Position numbers and translations under genes: made by a program
Origin: an uncultured Thermotogae bacterium
GTDB taxonomy: Bacteria > Bipolaricaulota > Bipolaricaulia > UBA7950 > UBA9294
DNA: 53,216 nt
Assembly (NCBI GenBank): GCA_964550615.1
Contig: CAZKAB010000008.1
Location: 1-53,216, forward strand
Direction: 5' to 3'
Part shown: positions 51,245 through 53,216 of the stretch, piece by piece
Layout of the letters: each line of letters begins with the position of its first letter
Numbering within the stretch: position 1 is the first letter of the stretch
Notes under the pieces: generated by a model
The model's database searches: none
Told to the model about the DNA's origin: nothing
What the model saw: the letters and a program-made list of their open reading frames with translations, nothing else

Positions 51245-53077
51245 ATGGCTGAAAAACATCGCATCAATGTTACAGACCGGGCGCGTCAGTGGTCACGTTC
51301 TCGTTCGAAGTTCTTCCGTTTCGGACGCGTGGAGGACGGCTCTTATAGGTTCTCTGGCGATTCTCTTCCCGCAGGCTTTCGCGTTATCGGCAACGGGCAA
51401 GTTGGAGGCAAAGCCCGCGGGCTGATTTTCGTCCTCGATCGGATGGCGAATGGGAAGCCTCTCACTGAGTACGATCACCTGCTTCGCCTTCCTGATTCTC
51501 TCGTGCTCGCGACTGACGTGTTCGACACGTTCATGATCAAGAACGGACTGGCGAAAATTGTCCGCGCGCGCTGCCGCGAGGATATTGGACCGGATGAGCT
51601 TCAGCAGCAGATCATCTCAGCGGAGTTTCCGGACGCTTCACGTAGTGCGCTTTCAGAGTTCCTCGCTGCGGAGCATCGTCCACTTGTTGTACGGTCATCT
51701 TCAATAATGGAAGACGACCCCGAGCACTCCTTTGCAGGGATATATCTCTCTGAGTTTGTGGGGAACACCGGGACGGAAGAGGATAGGCTGACATCGCTGG
51801 TCTCCGCGATCAAGCGGGTCTACGCCTCAACGTTTGGCAAGAACGCACGCGGGTACCGAAAGCGGCATGGGCTCAATTGGGAGAGGGAAAAGATGGCGAT
51901 CCTGATTCAGAATATGATCGGCCGTCACTATCCGCAAGACCTCTTCTATCCGCTAATTGGAGGAGTCGCGTTTTCCCTCAACTTCTATCCCTGGAACGAT
52001 CGGTTGCATGCGGAAGATGGAGTGGTCCGCCTCGTCGTTGGCGTAGGAACACGCGCAGTGGGACGTGAGTATGCGCGGGTGTTCTCGCCAACCGCACCCG
52101 GGCTGCGCCCTGAGGGATCCGACGAACGAGCGATCATCCGCTATTCACAGGAGACGGTGGATGTCCTGGACATGAGCGCAGGGCAACTCGATCAGACACG
52201 GCTTCCTCAGTTGCATAATCCGCTGTTGCGGGAAGTCTGTTCGGTAGTCGATTCCGATGGCGTGTTGAGCGAGCCGGTCTCTTCTTTGCCACCCGAAGGG
52301 CGCTACATCGCTTCATTCAGCCGCTTCATTGAGCGAAACACAACCATGCCGTTCAGCCCGCTCTTGAGGCAGCTTCTCTCCGAATTGCAGCGCCTATTCG
52401 AACAACCGGTAGACATAGAATTCGCAGTCAATTTTCCCGACACTGCAGACGGTGAAGAGACTCCTCTTTTCTACCTGCTGCAGGCGCGGCCGCTCGGAGG
52501 ACGTCCCGAACACCGAGTCATCAGAATACCCGCTCTTCCTGCCAGGCAGACGCTTCTTTCCTGCAATCGAGTGTTAGGAAACGGCAGACGCAAGGGCATT
52601 CATCACTTAGTGTTTGTCGATCCGACTACCTATCGGTGGGAAGAGGCATACGCGATCGCCCGCCGCGTTGGCCAGATCGATCAGCAGTTGGACGATGAAA
52701 GCTATGTGCTGATAGGCCCCGGGCGCTGGGGTACATCCAATCCGCAGCTCGGGGTGCCCGTGCAGTATGGCGAGATCACCGGAGCTTCGGTGATCGTCGA
52801 GATGGCGACCGAGGCTTTCTCTCCCGAACTGTCGTATGGGACTCACTTCTATGCCGACATGGTTGCAAGCGGCGTTCTCTACCTTCCGTTCGACGGCGAA
52901 CGCGGCGACCAATTCAACCGCACATTGCTCGATCGCCAGCAGATCGTATCGGCGGATGAATTTGTAAGGCACGTGTACTTCCCGGGAGGCTTGGACGCCT
53001 ATGCGGATGGAAAGGGTAAACGTGGAGTGATCGGGATCAATGGCGGGATGATACCAAAGATAGTTTCTCGGAGATGA
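51245..53077 (+). CDS. PEP/pyruvate-binding (PPDK_N, ATP-grasp) domain protein without a phospho-His domain
   Basis: GGKARGL, VRSSSIMED, FAGIY, EKMAILIQ, GVAFS, GVGTRAV, VDIEFA, LLQARP, GPGRWG, LSYGTHF. Confidence 0.85.
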   Translation: MAEKHRINVTDRARQWSRSRSKFFRFGRVEDGSYRFSGDSLPAGFRVIGNGQVGGKARGLIFVLDRMANGKPLTEYDHLLRLPDSLVLATDVFDTFMIKNGLAKIVRARCREDIGPDELQQQIISAEFPDASRSALSEFLAAEHRPLVVRSSSIMEDDPEHSFAGIYLSEFVGNTGTEEDRLTSLVSAIKRVYASTFGKNARGYRKRHGLNWEREKMAILIQNMIGRHYPQDLFYPLIGGVAFSLNFYPWNDRLHAEDGVVRLVVGVGTRAVGREYARVFSPTAPGLRPEGSDERAIIRYSQETVDVLDMSAGQLDQTRLPQLHNPLLREVCSVVDSDGVLSEPVSSLPPEGRYIASFSRFIERNTTMPFSPLLRQLLSELQRLFEQPVDIEFAVNFPDTADGEETPLFYLLQARPLGGRPEHRVIRIPALPARQTLLSCNRVLGNGRRKGIHHLVFVDPTTYRWEEAYAIARRVGQIDQQLDDESYVLIGPGRWGTSNPQLGVPVQYGEITGASVIVEMATEAFSPELSYGTHFYADMVASGVLYLPFDGERGDQFNRTLLDRQQIVSADEFVRHVYFPGGLDAYADGKGKRGVIGINGGMIPKIVSRR

Positions 53078-53171
53078 TCAAGAAGGGTTTCTTTCTTAGT
53101 GCTGCATGTAGTATCCTGGTAGTTACGGAGCAGGCCTTGCAAGGGAGTGTAGGCAATCATCAGGAGGGCCG

Positions 53172-53216
53172 ATGGCAGAAGTAACGCTGACCAAAGTGAT
53201 GAAGCGGTTTGGGGAC
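53172..53216 (+). CDS. Partial CDS: start of a MalK/UgpC-like ABC transporter ATP-binding protein (runs off the window)
   Basis: SD GGAGGG; ATG 53172 gives MAEVTLTKVMKRFGD, a typical N-terminus for sugar ABC ATPases. Confidence 0.65.
   Translation, partial: MAEVTLTKVMKRFGD

Noticed and set aside
1-53216. CRISPR array, IS element, prophage or defence system
   Set aside because: No regularly spaced repeats, transposase, integrase, structural phage cluster or recognisable defence genes; the one chaperone-like ORF is isolated.

Overview
A compact, fairly GC-rich (by eye, roughly 55-60%) core-chromosome segment of an anaerobic bacterium. The mix of secreted PKD, VWA and DUF1573 proteins with tungsten AOR, an XDH-family enzyme and a 2-oxoacid:ferredoxin oxidoreductase suggests Ca. 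Bipolaricaulota (Acetothermia); this is an inference. Housekeeping genes are gltX, rsmD, surE, tRNA-Leu(GAG)-plsX-fabH-fabD-fabG-acpP, lipB/lipA/lplA-like, tsaC, tsaB, ruvB, ribF, rpmB, a vor-type operon and a NUDIX hydrolase. I saw no CRISPR array, transposase, integrase or prophage. The most interesting content is: (1) a gltX-coupled cassette of a secreted TlpA, a four-module fusion (DsbD-alpha-like / membrane CxxC / thioredoxin) and a NapH-like polyferredoxin, which looks like an undescribed trans-membrane electron conduit; (2) a second thiol-redox cluster of an MTH895-like redoxin, two DUF1573 proteins fused to Cys-to-Asp rhodanese domains, a Trx-CcdA fusion and a membrane Trx, followed by an orphan SigB/F-type sigma factor; (3) aor followed by one canonical MoaD and one MoaD-like protein without the C-terminal GG; (4) a signal-peptide protein resembling XkdN-type phage tail chaperones; (5) a VWA-RTX-Ig surface protein ending in an orphan beta-strand; (6) a lipoate operon headed by a stand-alone lipoyl domain and ending in DUF501; (7) repeated sigma70 promoters only 6-9 nt upstream of start codons, suggesting leaderless mRNAs. 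All family assignments come from motifs read by eye and recalled family knowledge; no database search was run.
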